NCBI RefSeq assembly: GCF_006345805.1 | Contig: NC_043019.1 | Coordinates: 32,797,360-32,861,359, forward strand | Source: Octopus sinensis | Lineage: Eukaryota | Length of the DNA stretch: 64,000 bases | Direction of reading: 5' to 3' | In this document: positions 52,016-62,834 of the stretch, in pieces | Layout of the letters: every line of letters starts with the position of its first letter | Position numbering within the stretch: position 1 is the first letter of the stretch | The notes under the pieces: model-generated | What the model saw: the letters and a program-made list of their open reading frames with translations, nothing else | The model's database searches: none | What the model was told of the DNA's origin: nothing | Program-made: the position numbers and the translations under genes

Positions 52016-55000
52016 TATGCGATGGGCTTCTTTCAGTTTCTGTCTACCAAATCCACTCAAGGCTTTGGTTGCCCAAGGCTATAGTAGAAGGCACTTGCCC
52101 AAGGTGCCACGCAGTGGGACTGAACCCGGAACCATGTGGCTCGTAAGCAAGCAACTTACCACACAGCCACTCCTACGCCTATACCCTGTCTTTTTTTTTA
52201 ATATTATGCTCTAAGACTACACTGCTTCATGTAGTCCTGAAATAAACAAAGCAAGTACAGGACTAGAACTTCTTCGATGGAAGGTTTACTGGATCATCAC
52301 GGGCCTGTGACTGAACAACCAGTTAAAGATTCAACAACCTGCAGTCACCTATTATAAATTATTTTTAACCGGAAGTCAGCTCAGGTCAAGCTGGCCTCTG
52401 ATCAAAGGTGTTCGCTCTATGGCAATCATGTTCTTGCTTTTCCTGTTGGTTGGCATTTGATGTAGATTTGGTTACCGAGCAACCACTTAATGGCTCTGTA
52501 GTTCATCATATAGAGTCCTTCCGTTATTCTGTTTCTTATTTCAGTCATTTCACTGCGAACATGCTGGAGCACTACCCTAAAGAGGGTCTTTTAGTTGAAC
52601 AAATCGACCCCAGGACTTATTCTTTGTAAGACTAGTACTTATTCTATAGACCTCTTTTGCCAAACTGCTAAGTTACAGGGACATAAACCCACCAACATTG
52701 ACTGTGAAGCAGTGGTGGGGGACAAACAAAGACACACACACACAAATATATGCATATATATATATATATATATATTATATTAAAAAAGGAAAATACACAC
52801 ACTTAAATAGTTTTAATATAATTTTTAATATATCGATTGGTTTCGCTATCGCTATTCATGATATTATGTTTTACTTATTTGAATATATATTTTTTCTTAA
52901 GAAGAAATTTTGTCCATGTTGTGTGTGATGTAATTCACGAGTGAATGACTTCACAAGTAGTTGAATAAAGAGAGGTAATTGGTTGTCGTTATTATTGTTA
53001 TTTATTGTTATTTATTTCTGTAATGGGAGGGGAATATATATGTGTACGGACTGAGACAAATTTCAAAAACCTTGTTTAGTGAGGGGATTTATGTACAGTG
53101 TTGTAATCGTGAATTGAAATATGTAAAAAGATAAAATTTGGTTATATGTGCATATTAAGACATGTTTTGTATTTTTCAATGAAAAAAGTTTCTTTATTTA
53201 AATGTTCTCGTTGAGAGATTGTGTCTTTGCACTGGTAGAAAGGGAAGACTGTGAACTTTTGTTTGTTATCGGCATATTTTTCTATGTTCACTGAGAGGAA
53301 TTTGTCATGGTCATACTTGTTTGTCGAGTTTAGTGGTGTCTGCAACCTGAGCAGGTTATTACATAAATTAGGTTTTCAGAGGCACAATTGAAACTAGTTT
53401 TAATTCTGAACCTCTGTCCTTTGAAAAGGAAATCCAAGCCGTCAAGCAGTTTGGGCGTCCACATTTTTCAACTGTTGGTTTCGTGGTTGTTTTGTAAAGC
53501 TTCGCATTTGTTAGTAGTCTCTTTAGCGATTTGTCTTGTATTTTTTGCACGTGATGAGTTTGTGTGTTTTCAGGATGTCGTTCATTTTTTAATCTCTAGC
53601 TAGTAAAGGAAGAGTTTGCGCAATAGTGTTGAATGCATCACTGTGTCTGGGGTTGTGCATTGATATAAATAATAATGTTTTGAGTTGAGGTGTGGTGTTA
53701 TATTTTGTTGTTCTTAGTGTTTTTGTGTTTAATTGTTTGGCACGTTTAATTCCCTTGTCGATAAGTGAGGGTGGATATTGTCTTTCAATAAGCGTTGTTT
53801 TGAGGTCTTGAAGACAAAGGTCCCGAGTTGTTCTATCAGACACTATTGTGCAAATCCTTTTTGCTAAATTGAAAGGGATGTTTATTTTGATGTGTTTCGG
53901 GTGGCATGAGTTAAAGGGAAGATATTATTTTGAATCAGTTGGCTTGTAATAAATGTCAGTTATGATTTCATTGTTAACTTTTTTTATCATGATGTCTAAA
54001 AATGGGAGTTGTTCTTTGTTATATTCCATTATGAATTGACTGTTACTATTTATATCATTTACTGTTGATTTGAAGTCCAAAAGTTTGTCGATGTTCTCCT
54101 TCCAAATGATAAAGCAGCCAATTTTCTCTTATGTAGAGGTAAAATGGGTAACCATATTTCTGAAGTGATACTTCATATAAGGTGAATTCAAAATAACCCA
54201 TTATTAGGTTCGCAAGAACCGGAGCTGCTTTTGTTCCCATCGCAATTCCGCATTTCTGACGATAGTATGTGTCATCAAATAGGAAATAATTGTTCTGAAG
54301 TATAAATTTTAAGGATTCAATAATAAAGATCTAGTTTATGCATTCCGGGAGGACTTTGGGGTACTTTTCCAACCAGAATTTAATTGCTTTTATTCCATAG
54401 TCATGGGGGATGTTGGTGTAAAGATTAATAACATCAAAGGTAACCAATATTGCCTCTTCATTAATTGTTTTTAGTAGGTGTTCTAGCATGTCTAAATCAT
54501 CTCTCTTTTACTCTTTTACTTGTTTCAGTCATCTGACTGCGGCCATGCTGGAGCACCGCCTTTAATCGAGCAACTCGACCCCGGGACTTATTCTTTTGTA
54601 AGCCCAGTACTTATTCTATCGGTCTCTTTTGCTGAACCGCTAAGTAACGGGGACATTAACACACCAGCATTGGTTGTCAAGCAATGCTAGGGGGACAAAC
54701 ACAACCACACACACGCATATATACGACGGGCTTCTTCAGTTTCCGTCTACCAAATCCACTCACAAGGCTTTGGTTGGCCCGAGGCTATAGTAGAAGACAC
54801 TTGCCCAAGGTGCCACGCAGTGGGATTGAACCCGGAACCATGTGGTTGGTAAGCAAGCTCCTTACCACACAGCCACTAATGAAACTTTTGATGTATTTCA
54901 GCAAGGGTTTCAGTAGGATGTCTAGAAAATTGCTTAGGTGTGGGTTTCACAGGCTGGCCCAGCTACAATGGGTCTTAAAGTCAAGTCTTCTGGCGTTCTT

Positions 55001-58000
55001 GTTAAGATGGTTGAGGTGTTATTTGAGAGAGATTTAGTTGCTATATCTATCTGGTTCAGCAGCAGTGTAGAGGTGCATTTATTGGCTCTTATGCTGTATG
55101 TGGTATAGTACACTGCAGTGTGAGTGGTGTGATGTACACTGCGGTGAGAGCAGTGTGTTCTAGTACACTGCAGCATGAGTGGTGCATTATAGTACACTGC
55201 AGAATGAATATGGCATGGTATACTAGTGTCGTGTAGTATACAACAATGTACTTTGAGTGGTATACTGTGTGTTGTAGTACATTAGGTTATGGTATGCGAG
55301 CTGGCAGAAGGTGGCGGGCTGGCAGAAACGTTAGCATGCAGGGCGAAATGCGTAGCCATATTTCGTCTGCCGTTATGTTCTGAGTTCAAATTCCGCCGAG
55401 GTCGACTTTGCCTTTCATCCTTTCGGGGGTCGATTAATTAAGTACCAGTTGCGCACTGGGGTCGATATAATCGACTTAATCCATGTGTGGGTTTACATAT
55501 TGTATGATGAAATTTTGGTAGGAAGTATGGTATGATGAAAATTTCGTGTGGTTTGGTGTAATGCTTGGCATACTGTTATGTGATATCAAGCAATGCATTG
55601 TCATGTTGTGTGATATGCTGCGGTGTATCACACCTCCATATGTCGTAGCTAAATATACGATTGTTTATCTATAACTAAGTGTATTTGTTTCTGTTTCCAG
55701 AAAGTTGATGATGTCACGTTCGATGCACTCAAGAAAATGCTCAGTAAGTTCCTTTGTTTGATATTGGCTCTCTTTTACTCTTTACTCTTTACTCTTTTAC
55801 TTGTTTCAGTCATGTGACTGTGGCCATGCTGGAGCACCGCCTTTAGTACATTGTTATCTTGTGGTTGTTATATGCAACTCATAAAAGCATAGTAAATGTT
55901 GTTTTCGAATTTTGCAGGACGCAACTAAGTTGATTACATTGACCCACCCCCCAGCACTCAGCTGGTGCTTATTTTACTGACCTTGGAAAGAGGAGAGGCC
56001 AAGTTGACCTCGGTGGAATTTCAACTCAGAACATAAAGACAGACGAAATGCCATTTAAGCATTTTGCCCAATGAATCTACCAACTTGCTGCCTTATGCAA
56101 AGAAAATATTGCTGTGGATTGTATGTCCTGGATTAGTTGTTTTATTCACAAAAGTAGAATGGAATTACCAGGATGTTCCAATTAGCAATGTTCCAATTAG
56201 CAATGTTCCAATTAGCAATGTTCCAATTAGCAATGTTCCAATTAGCAATCAAACACGCCACACTTGATCCACATATTTTTCCTGTTTTATGTTCAAACTA
56301 CCCAGATCCAGTCTTGCACACCTTCCTTATACTCTCTTTACTCTTTTACTCGTTTCAGTCATTTGACTGCGGCCATGCTGGAGCACCACCTTTTAGTACT
56401 TATTCTATCGTCTCTTTTTGCCGAACCGCTAAGTGACGGGGACGTAAACACACCAGCATCGGTTGTCAAGCAATGCTAGGGGGACAAACACAGACACACA
56501 AACACACACATACAAACATATATATATATACATATATATGACAGGCTTCTTTCAGTTTCCGTCTACCAAATCCACTCACAAGGCATTGGTCGGCCCGGGG
56601 CTATAGCAGAAGACACTTGCCCAAGATGCCACGCAGTGGGACTGAACCCGCAACCGTGTGGTTGGTTAGCAAGCTACTTACCACACAGCCACTCCTGCGC
56701 CTATACTGTTTTTTTTTTGTTAAATAAACAATCACATCATCGAATTCTCAAAGTTATGAGATAATGCATCATCATCATCATCATCGTTTAATGTCCGCTT
56801 TCCATGCTAGCATGGGTTGGACGGTTTGACTGTGGGCTGGCGAACCAGATGGCTGCACCAGGCTCCAGTCTTGATCTGGCAGAGTTTCTACAGCTGGATG
56901 CCCTTCCTAACGCCAACCACTTCGAGAGTGTAGTGGGTGATTTAACGTGCCAACAGCACGGGGGCCAGTCAGGTGGTACTGGCAACGACTTTGCTCGAAT
57001 TTCTCTTTTTTTTTTACACATGCCAATGGCACAGGCACTAGTAAGGCGATGCTGGTAACGATCCCGCTCGAATGGTGCCTCCTACATGCCACGGGCACGG
57101 AAGCCAGTTAGCCGCTCTGGTAATTTAAAACAATGTGAATAAACAAACACGTGCCAGTGACACATGAAATGTACCTGAGCTGGTGACACGAAAAGTGGTT
57201 GGTGTTTGGAAGGGCATCCAGTTGTAGAAACCAAACCAAAGGAAACGAATGGAACCTGGTGCAGCTCTCCAGGTTACCAACTCTGGTCAAATTATCTAAC
57301 CCATGGAAAGCAGATATTAAATGATAATGATAAACATTTGACAGGGTAATCCGAATGCTAAATGACTAATCTACATTTAGGTCTTTCATTTTGGTTTTAT
57401 TAGAAGATATATTAAGACAGATGACTATCACCAAGCAGTTTTAACCCTTTTCTTACCATATTTCTGTTGAAAAACAAAAAAACACTGCCTTTACTCTTTT
57501 ACTTGTTTCAGTCATTTGACTGCGGCCATGCTGGAGCACCGCCTTTGGTCGAGCAAATCGACCCCGGGACTTATTCATTGTAAGCCCAGTACTTATTCTA
57601 TCGGTCTCTTTTGCCGAACCGCTAAGTGACGGGGACGTAAACACACCAGCATCGGTTGTCAAGCAATGCTAGGGGGACAAACACACACATATACATATAT
57701 ATACATATATACGACAGGCTTCTTTCAGTTTCCGTCTACCAAATCCACTCACAAGGCATTGGTCGGCCCGGGGCTATAGCAGAAGACACTTGCCCAAGAT
57801 GCCATGCAGTGGGACTGAACCCGGAACCATGTGGTTGGTTAGCAAGCTACTTACCACACAGCCACTCCTGCGCCTCTATTTATTTTGAGATGTGTTTCTT
57901 TCAATTACTTTAAATATAACAAAGAATTTAGTAAAATGACTTAGTTATCATTCAGTTAGTGTTAGGAACATAAATTGTAACTAAGGTTTGGTGGAAGATT

Positions 58001-60114
58001 TTAATTCAGAACTTTTGAAAACAAGACATTTGTACCACAGAGCCAGCCGGGTTGGTATCGAAAGAGTTAAATAGTTCCCTAGTAGAGCGTTAGTGATTGC
58101 CAAGAATGTTTACAAAAAATTTGGCTACTATTTTTAGCAGTCAAGTGACTGTAAAGAAATTTCATTATGAACTAGTGTCCCATTAAACCTATACAACATT
58201 GATATTACTTCATCTCTAACCCTTTTGTTACCATATTTCTGTTGAGATGCTCTGTGTTTCTTTCAATTAATTTTCAATATAACAAAGGATTTAGTAAAAT
58301 AACTTAATTATCATTTAGCTAGTGTTAGGAACATAAATTGTGACTAAGGTTTGGTGGAAGATTTTAATTCAAAACTTTTGAAAACAAGATATTTGTACTC
58401 AGAACCAGAGCAAGTTTCAGCTGGGTTGGTATCAAAAGGGTTAAGAATTGTTTCTCTATTATATATTTTAAAGCCTTTTGTTACCATATTTCTGTTGATA
58501 TGCTCTGTGTTTCTTTCAATTAATTTTCAATATGACAAAGAATTTAGTAAAATAACTTAGTTATCATTAATCTAGTGTTAGGAACATAAATTGTGACTAA
58601 GGTTTGGTGGAAGATTTTAAGTCAAAACTTTTGAAAACAACATAGTTGTACTCAGAACCAGAGCAAGTTTCAGCTGGGTTGGTATCGAACGGGTTAAGCT
58701 GGTGTATGGAGCATAAGTTAACATGAAACTTCAACTGAAGATTTTAATTTAGGTCACTTTAACCCTTTTGATACCATATTTCTGCAGAAATAGGCTGTCT
58801 TTGTATCAGTAAATTTTGAAAATAAGGAAGTATCTATAAATATAATTTTGTCATTATTAAGCTAGCGTTTGGAATGTAAATTAACTTGAAATTTTGTGGG
58901 GAGGTTTTAACTGAATTATCTAGATTTTTTTTGCCTTTTCTTACCATATTTCTTGTTGAAAAAAAAAAAAAAATTATGAAAACCACTGCCTTTGTTTCAG
59001 TTAATATTGAAAATAATTAAGAATTTAGTAAAACAACCATTTTGACAACTCGAATGAGTTTTTTTTCATTGATTTTTTTTTTTTCATTTTATTTTTATTA
59101 GATGAAGAAGAAACAGTGAATAAAGACGAAGAAGAAAAGAAAAGGCTGCAAATCTTTGCAAGTTTCAGAGACGCACCATTTGAGGAAATAATGGCCAGGT
59201 CTGAAGCCAAGGTAAGTTTACCACCTTTTTCCCTCATCAGTATCTTCCTTCCCTCTCTTGTAGTCATCACCTTTAGCCTTGTTACCATTCTTAATTTTGT
59301 AATTACATTTGTCATTTTTAATATCTTTATCATCATTGTAATGAATTATCATCAATATAGATATTTTCATCATCATCATCATCATCGCTGATATCATCAT
59401 GCCTGGACAAACAACATTAGTGTCAACAATAATATTAAAGTAGCAACGTGAAGTGTGAGGAAGATCTGGCTGCTGTTTCTAGCAGAAAGAATTATTGGTC
59501 AGAGGAAGCTTTACCCCTATTCACACCTGCTCCTAAAGTAGTGAGGTGACTACCCCTCCTCACTCCCTCTTGCTATACTGCTACATAACCCTCACTTTTC
59601 TCATGACCCTTAAGACTCATAAGGCTAAGGCTTAACTTGGTTTCCATGGCATTATACATGATTGGGATTACTACACTCACCCTGGATGGGAAGCCAGTCT
59701 ATCACAGGGTTAACTCCCCAATTATTGCTGGAACTCATAGAGCAATGTGAAATTGGTGTGTTTTCTTCAGGGATGCAGTACACTGCCCAGTCCTCTGCTT
59801 ATCTACTTTTTATTTACTCTCAATTTCTTTTCAAACTACTCTTACTTCACTCACCCTCACTTTTTCCATATCTGTCTCGACTTTACTCACTCATGTCTAC
59901 CTTCACTTAACTCACACACTCTCTCTCTCTTTTTTTTTTTTTTTTTCATTCTTTCCCTCTTTTGCAGTCCAACCAGTTCCACAATAAGCTTAATGAAATC
60001 CTGGATCTTGTGTCTAATCCACCTGAAAGTCCATCATCCACCACCAACCTCAGTTCTCCCGATGCTGCAGTTGCTGTCTTCTCTATGCAGATTCCAGACC
60101 TCTACGTCTATTGA
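9854..60114 (+). CDS. EFR3: EFR3 homolog (stmA/cmp44E/rolling blackout family), 3' 16 coding exons; 5' part outside window
   Basis: 16 AG/GT-bounded exons join in frame. Peptides align by eye to human EFR3A from about residue 215 to the C-terminus (e.g. [26 protein letters not shown] vs [26 protein letters not shown]; PDLYVY* vs PDLCVY*). Confidence 0.97.
10399..10911 (+). mobile_element. Non-autonomous Helitron
   Basis: Inserted between A and T; 5' TC, 3' CTAG; subterminal hairpin cccg-agcaacgc-cggg at 10884-10899; no TSD. Confidence 0.8.
11959..12037 (+). CDS. EFR3: EFR3 exon: [26 protein letters not shown]
   Basis: ttgcag| ... |gtacgt; near-identical to human segment; 79 bp. Confidence 0.97.
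12085..12490 (-). mobile_element. CpG-rich tRNA-derived SINE with (AAAC)n tail
   Basis: Reverse complement has A-box TGGCCCAGTGG and B-box GTTTCGATTCC, ends caacaaacaaacaaac. Confidence 0.8.
15097..15690 (+). mobile_element. tRNA-derived SINE family B with triplicated ~180-bp body
   Basis: ggcgagctggcagaaacgttagc head; other copies 7163-7380, 22175-22400, 25884-26085, 37130-37340, 55310-55480, 61187-61400, 61455-61680, 61915-62120. Confidence 0.85.
15755..15890 (+). CDS. EFR3: EFR3 exon: [45 protein letters not shown]
   Basis: ttgcag| ... |gtaagt; matches AQYSHHVIQEILGHLD...AIAAKGSI; 136 bp. Confidence 0.96.
16589..16920 (+). mobile_element. tRNA-derived SINE family C (CORE-like ttgagcaagacact segment)
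   Basis: tggctcagtgg and gttcaattcc boxes; other copies 14730-15050, 21945-22510, 28215-28582(-). Confidence 0.8.
17711..17839 (+). CDS. EFR3: EFR3 exon: [43 protein letters not shown]
   Basis: ttgtag| ... |gtcagt; matches GPTVLEVFNTLLKHLRLSV; 129 bp. Confidence 0.96.
18462..18680. mobile_element. piggyBac-like MITE (TTAA flanks, CCC...GGG termini)
   Basis: ttaa|ccctttag ... ctaaaggg|ttaa. Confidence 0.75.
20380..20476 (+). CDS. EFR3: EFR3 exon: [33 protein letters not shown]
   Basis: ttgcag| ... |gtaagt; matches GFFGSNLPDYQRSEIMMFIMGKVP; 97 bp. Confidence 0.96.
20803..21317 (-). mobile_element. RTE LINE ORF2 C-terminus plus 3'UTR fragment
   Basis: [47 protein letters not shown]; near-identical copy 24736-25251. 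Confidence 0.85.
21590..21900 (-). mobile_element. CR1/L2-like LINE 3' end with (CTAA)n tail
   Basis: [26 protein letters not shown]. Confidence 0.7.
22590..22644 (+). CDS. EFR3: EFR3 exon: [18 protein letters not shown]
   Basis: tttcag| ... |gtaagt; matches IQIMLLRSLLM; phase fits neighbours; 55 bp. Confidence 0.92.
22945..24121. repeat. 25-bp minisatellite (ccaccacctccatcatcgacctttg) x about 47, with 24-bp variants
   Basis: Direct reading; embedded in (CAC/CAT)n cryptic simple sequence. Confidence 0.97.
24500..25251 (-). mobile_element. 5'-truncated RTE LINE: ORF end, subrepeat-bearing 3'UTR, (TGA)n tail
   Basis: RTE peptide contiguous with the dispersed 3'UTR family. Confidence 0.8.
25284..25850 (-). 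mobile_element. Non-coding retroposon inserted in (TAA)n microsatellite
   Basis: (ATT)n on both sides; second partial copy at about 37930-38220. Confidence 0.65.
26144..27622. mobile_element. hAT-superfamily MITE with 8-bp TSD gtttaaat, nested RTE-3'UTR element and amplified right end
   Basis: TIR caggggttctcaacc / ggttggagaacccctg; TSD 26136-26143 and 27623-27630. Confidence 0.9.
26931..27622. repeat. 63-bp tandem repeat x11, each unit ending in the hAT right TIR
   Basis: 62 + 10 x 63 = 692 bp. Confidence 0.97.
27672..27844 (+). CDS. EFR3: EFR3 exon: [57 protein letters not shown]
   Basis: tttcag| ... |gtcagt; matches LPGSFLDPLL...LMDRHDNRAKL; 173 bp. Confidence 0.96.
28815..29205. repeat. 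Polypyrimidine (CT/CCCT) compound microsatellite
   Basis: Nearly pure C/T on the + strand. Confidence 0.95.
30546..30766. mobile_element. piggyBac-like MITE, 221 bp, TTAA TSD
   Basis: ttaa|cccttttgttac ... gtaacgaaaggg|ttaa; same family at 57445-58066, 58220-58440, 58473-58693 in opposite orientation. Confidence 0.85.
30869..30938 (+). CDS. EFR3: EFR3 exon: (C)[23 protein letters not shown]
   Basis: gttcag| ... |gtaagt; matches RQDTSFMKK; 70 bp. Confidence 0.94.
31833..31994 (+). CDS. EFR3: EFR3 exon: [54 protein letters not shown]
   Basis: ttccag| ... |gtaaat; matches NGQQLYRHIY...VIDLIRLAIALQ; 162 bp. Confidence 0.96.
32229..32880 (-). mobile_element. R4/Dong-like (restriction-like endonuclease) LINE 3' fragment in (TAA)n
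   Basis: [16 protein letters not shown] (CCHC part), NRPDIVV...LIDVSIP...EKLSKYKDL (PD-(D/E)xK), [12 protein letters not shown]; one internal stop; (ATT)n flanks. Confidence 0.88.
33318..33363 (-). ncRNA. Minimal type I hammerhead ribozyme (GUA site, palindromic stem III CAATTG)
   Basis: Reverse complement ccac-CTGATGA-atgtc cttagaaga gacac-GAAA-caattg-TA-gtgg; A10.1:C11.1 mismatch. Confidence 0.72.
35442..35479 (-). ncRNA. Hammerhead-like motif with non-canonical core
   Basis: Reverse complement ccttt-CTGTAGAA-gagc gtag gctc-GAAA-cg-TA-aaaga; core deviates from CUGANGA. Confidence 0.4.
35834..35904. other. Perfect 27-bp inverted repeat with 17-nt loop
   Basis: tttatttaaagcagcagaaaattcaac / gttgaattttctgctgctttaaataaa. 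Confidence 0.9.
38680..38808 (+). CDS. EFR3: EFR3 exon: [43 protein letters not shown]
   Basis: tttcag| ... |gtaaag; matches HRCGIMALVAAYLNFVSQMIAVPAFCQHV; 129 bp. Confidence 0.96.
39500..40545. repeat. Compound (TA/TG/TATG) microsatellite, about 1 kb
   Basis: Direct reading; source of spurious 380-500 aa ORFs. Confidence 0.97.
40627..40703 (+). CDS. EFR3: EFR3 exon: [25 protein letters not shown]
   Basis: tcctag| ... |gttagt; matches VIEIRTMEAPYFLPE; 77 bp. Confidence 0.92.
41108..47610. repeat. 78-bp satellite array, about 83 copies, derived from RTE 3'UTR subrepeat
   Basis: Unit gactacaacctcacttgtatggtgctttttatgtgccactggcaagggtgccagtcaaacagcactggcgtcagccgt. Confidence 0.98.
47836..47960 (+). 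CDS. EFR3: EFR3 exon: [41 protein letters not shown] (alternative donor possible at 47966)
   Basis: caacag| acceptor; matches KIAESLGGSGYSVERLSVPY; two in-phase GT donors 6 nt apart. Confidence 0.88.
50600..51110 (+). mobile_element. RTE-clade LINE 3' fragment
   Basis: [12 protein letters not shown]; [11 protein letters not shown]...[19 protein letters not shown]; frameshifted. Confidence 0.85.
51445..51536 (+). CDS. EFR3: EFR3 exon: [31 protein letters not shown]
   Basis: tttcag| ... |gtaagt; phase 1 to 0 fits; weak similarity to DTVSIQVD region; 92 bp. Confidence 0.85.
52780..55290 (-). mobile_element. Penelope-like element relic (RT + GIY-YIG), interrupted by SINE at 54505-54878
   Basis: LRPIVAGP; [13 protein letters not shown]; [18 protein letters not shown]; LPFLDIMI; CGRPNCLT; [15 protein letters not shown]; [14 protein letters not shown]. 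Confidence 0.88.
55701..55743 (+). CDS. EFR3: EFR3 exon: [14 protein letters not shown]
   Basis: ttccag| ... |gtaagt; matches EEITFEALKKAI; 43 bp. Confidence 0.93.
56173..56249. repeat. 15-bp tandem repeat (atgttccaattagca) x5
   Basis: Five identical copies. Confidence 0.95.
59102..59211 (+). CDS. EFR3: EFR3 exon: (N)[36 protein letters not shown]
   Basis: tattag| ... |gtaagt; matches EKFQKAPFEEIAAQCESK; 110 bp. Confidence 0.95.
59968..60114 (+). CDS. EFR3: EFR3 last coding exon: [48 protein letters not shown]
   Basis: ttgcag| acceptor, TGA 60112-60114; conserved C-terminal motif (human MKFPDLCVY). Confidence 0.95.
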   Translation, partial: SNQFHNKLNEILDLVSNPPESPSSTTNLSSPDAAVAVFSMQIPDLYVY

Positions 60115-60244
60115 TCTGCTCTGGTGTCTCCTTTTCATTGTTTCCTCCAAACAATGACCCAGTGATTTGGTGGGGAGTGGTGTGGGGGCTAGGAGTTGGT
60201 GAACACGTGTCCCTCTTTGTTTTTATTGATCTCTGTGTGTGTGT

Positions 60245-60276
<32 letters not shown>

Positions 60277-61148
60277 ATGCATGGTAGTGCATGTGTGAGA
60301 AGCCACCTGTGAATATCTATATATGTGAATCTATTAAGTTTATGCATGCCTATCAATGAGTATTCAAGCTGTGTGAATCTGTATACGTATGCTCATGGTT
60401 GAAGTGTATGTGTGTATGTGCGTGTGTGTGCGTGTGTTTTTTTTCTTCATGGTATTATCTTTACATTTACCAAAGATAAATAGAGATAGTCCTCCCCTTC
60501 CTGTCTCTCTTTCTCTCATTACCTATCATCAAACATCCTTAGGGATCACATATCGGAAGGGAGCTTAGGGAAATGGGGGCAGAATGTACATATGTATATG
60601 TATACCACACATCATACATTTACATAAAAGCAGCCGTCATACACAAGATTATTATTAGAGCCATACCACACTCTGCACATGCTTCAGAGCAACCAAACAT
60701 TATACAGTACAACTATGTGTGTATAACGCACTACATCCTACACTTAGGAACCATCTAAGTAGTGTTATTAGGCCCCTGATAAATTAATGTACAGGGTCCA
60801 ATTCAATATATTTAACTGCAACTACAGCATACAGAGCTCAGAACTGGTCCCTTATACCTGTGAGTTCTCTGGGCCTTAAGACTGCATTGGATATAATATA
60901 AACTGTATATTACATAAACAGATCACAATGCACAGTATCAACCACATACATTGCTCACACACAGAGAGCCGTGGATACAGCATATCTGAAGAAAGTTGAG
61001 ATGGTCATGGCGTGAACTCTTTTTTTTTTGCTGAGATTGTCAGGCAAGAATGTGGTATTTAGTTTCTGAGTTCAAATTCTGTCTTGGTCAATTTGACTGC
61101 ATCCCCCAGCCTTTCAAAATTGCTGCCCTTATTCCGAAATCAAAAACA

Positions 61149-61186
<38 letters not shown>

Positions 61187-62828
61187 GGTGACGAGCTGGC
61201 AGAATCATTAGCGTGCTGGGCAAAATGCTTAGTGGCATTTTGTCTGCTGTTACGTTCTGAGTTCAAAATCCGCCGAGCTCAACTTTGCCTTTCATCCTTT
61301 TGGGGTCAATAAATTAAGTACCAGTGAAACACTGGGGTTGATGTAACAGACTAGCCCCTTCCTGCCAAATTCCAGGTCTTTGTGCTCTTAATAGAAAGGA
61401 TTATTTATTTATTTTATTTTATTTTATTTTATCTATCTATTTAAACAATCTTAGTCGAGCTGGCAGAAGCGTTAGCACGTCGGGCGAAATGTGTAGCCGT
61501 ATTTCGTCTGCCGTTACGTTCTGGGTTCAAATTCTGCTGAGGTCGACTTTGCCTTTCATCCTTTCGAGGTCGATAAATTAAGTACCAGTTACGCACTGGG
61601 GTCGATGTAATCGACTTAATCCGTTTGTCTGTCCTTGTTTGTCCCCTCTGTGTTTAGCCCCTTGTGGGTAGTAAAGAAATATATTTAAACAGTCTTAATG
61701 GATGAATGGTAAAGTCAACCTCAGATGAATATGTACATAAAGCCAGATAAGTGTCACTAAGCCAGTTCCCTGCCTTTTTGTTATTAATTATAATAATCAC
61801 TAGTTGGCCTTGTGCCTCTGTATTCAAAAGAATTCTTAAATCTAGACAGACTAACTGATAAGAGAAAACAAAAAGGTAAGACGAAAATGTACCAGCAATA
61901 ATAGGGAAATGTAAGGCAGCAAGCTGGCAGAATCATTAGCACACCAGGTAAAATGCTTACTGGTATTTCACCTGTCTTTATGCTGTGAGTTCAAATTCCA
62001 CCAAAGTCAACTTTTTCTGTTATCCTTTTGGGGTCAATGAAATAAGTACCAGTTCAGCACTGGGGGTTGGTGTAATCGATTTGTCCCCTCCTCTAAAATT
62101 GCCGGCCTTGTGCCAAAATTTGAAATCAACGGTAGACAAGTATGTTGGTCTTGTTTATTATGTATGAAAGCGAAACTGCTGCTGCTGCTGATATTGTTGT
62201 TCTTGTTGTAGTTGTGTTCTCCTCTTCCACTACCATCACCACCAGTCACCAAGTTTCGTTTATTAACTCTCAATTAACAACAAACCAACCCCAATTGTTT
62301 TTTTTTTTGGTTTTTTTTTTTTGTTTCCTTCTTTATGTTGACAGCAGAGGTGAAGTGGAGTGGAGTTGAGATGGATTGACTGAGGTCGTAGCTTTGATTC
62401 ACATCATTGGACGTTTCCACGGAGACGGAAATAATGATGAGACAAATGAGGAGTGAGGTGCTTTGCAGCATGCAAGTGTAGGATGCAAGAACGCGTGCAT
62501 CTGCTACCTGTGGTTCTCTAATTCTTTTATGATTTACCTTTCAACACCCACCTTAAAAGAAGAAAACCCAACAGAGAAGAGAATTATTAGGTGCCATCAT
62601 CGTGTCCCCTTTTCTTCTACTATAATCACCTCTTTCTTATCGAAATTCTGATGTACCCCCTCCCTCTGTTTGTAAAAAAAAAAATGAAAAAACAAATGAA
62701 AAGTAAAAATAGAAAAAAAAAGAGTAAAAAATCAAAACCAAATCTGATCCACCCCATTCCCACCTAAAAACAAAATAACACAGAAAACAATGTTATGTAA
62801 AGTGAACAGTAGTTTTGTTTTGTTATCT

Positions 62829-62834
62829 AATAAA
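62829..62834 (+). promoter_or_regulatory. Candidate polyadenylation signal
   Basis: AATAAA followed by T/GT-rich tract, 2.7 kb after the EFR3 stop. Confidence 0.4.

Noticed and set aside
52250-52300. Relative of the 3668 hammerhead
   Set aside because: Core (GTGATGA, GAAG) and stems too degraded to call a ribozyme.
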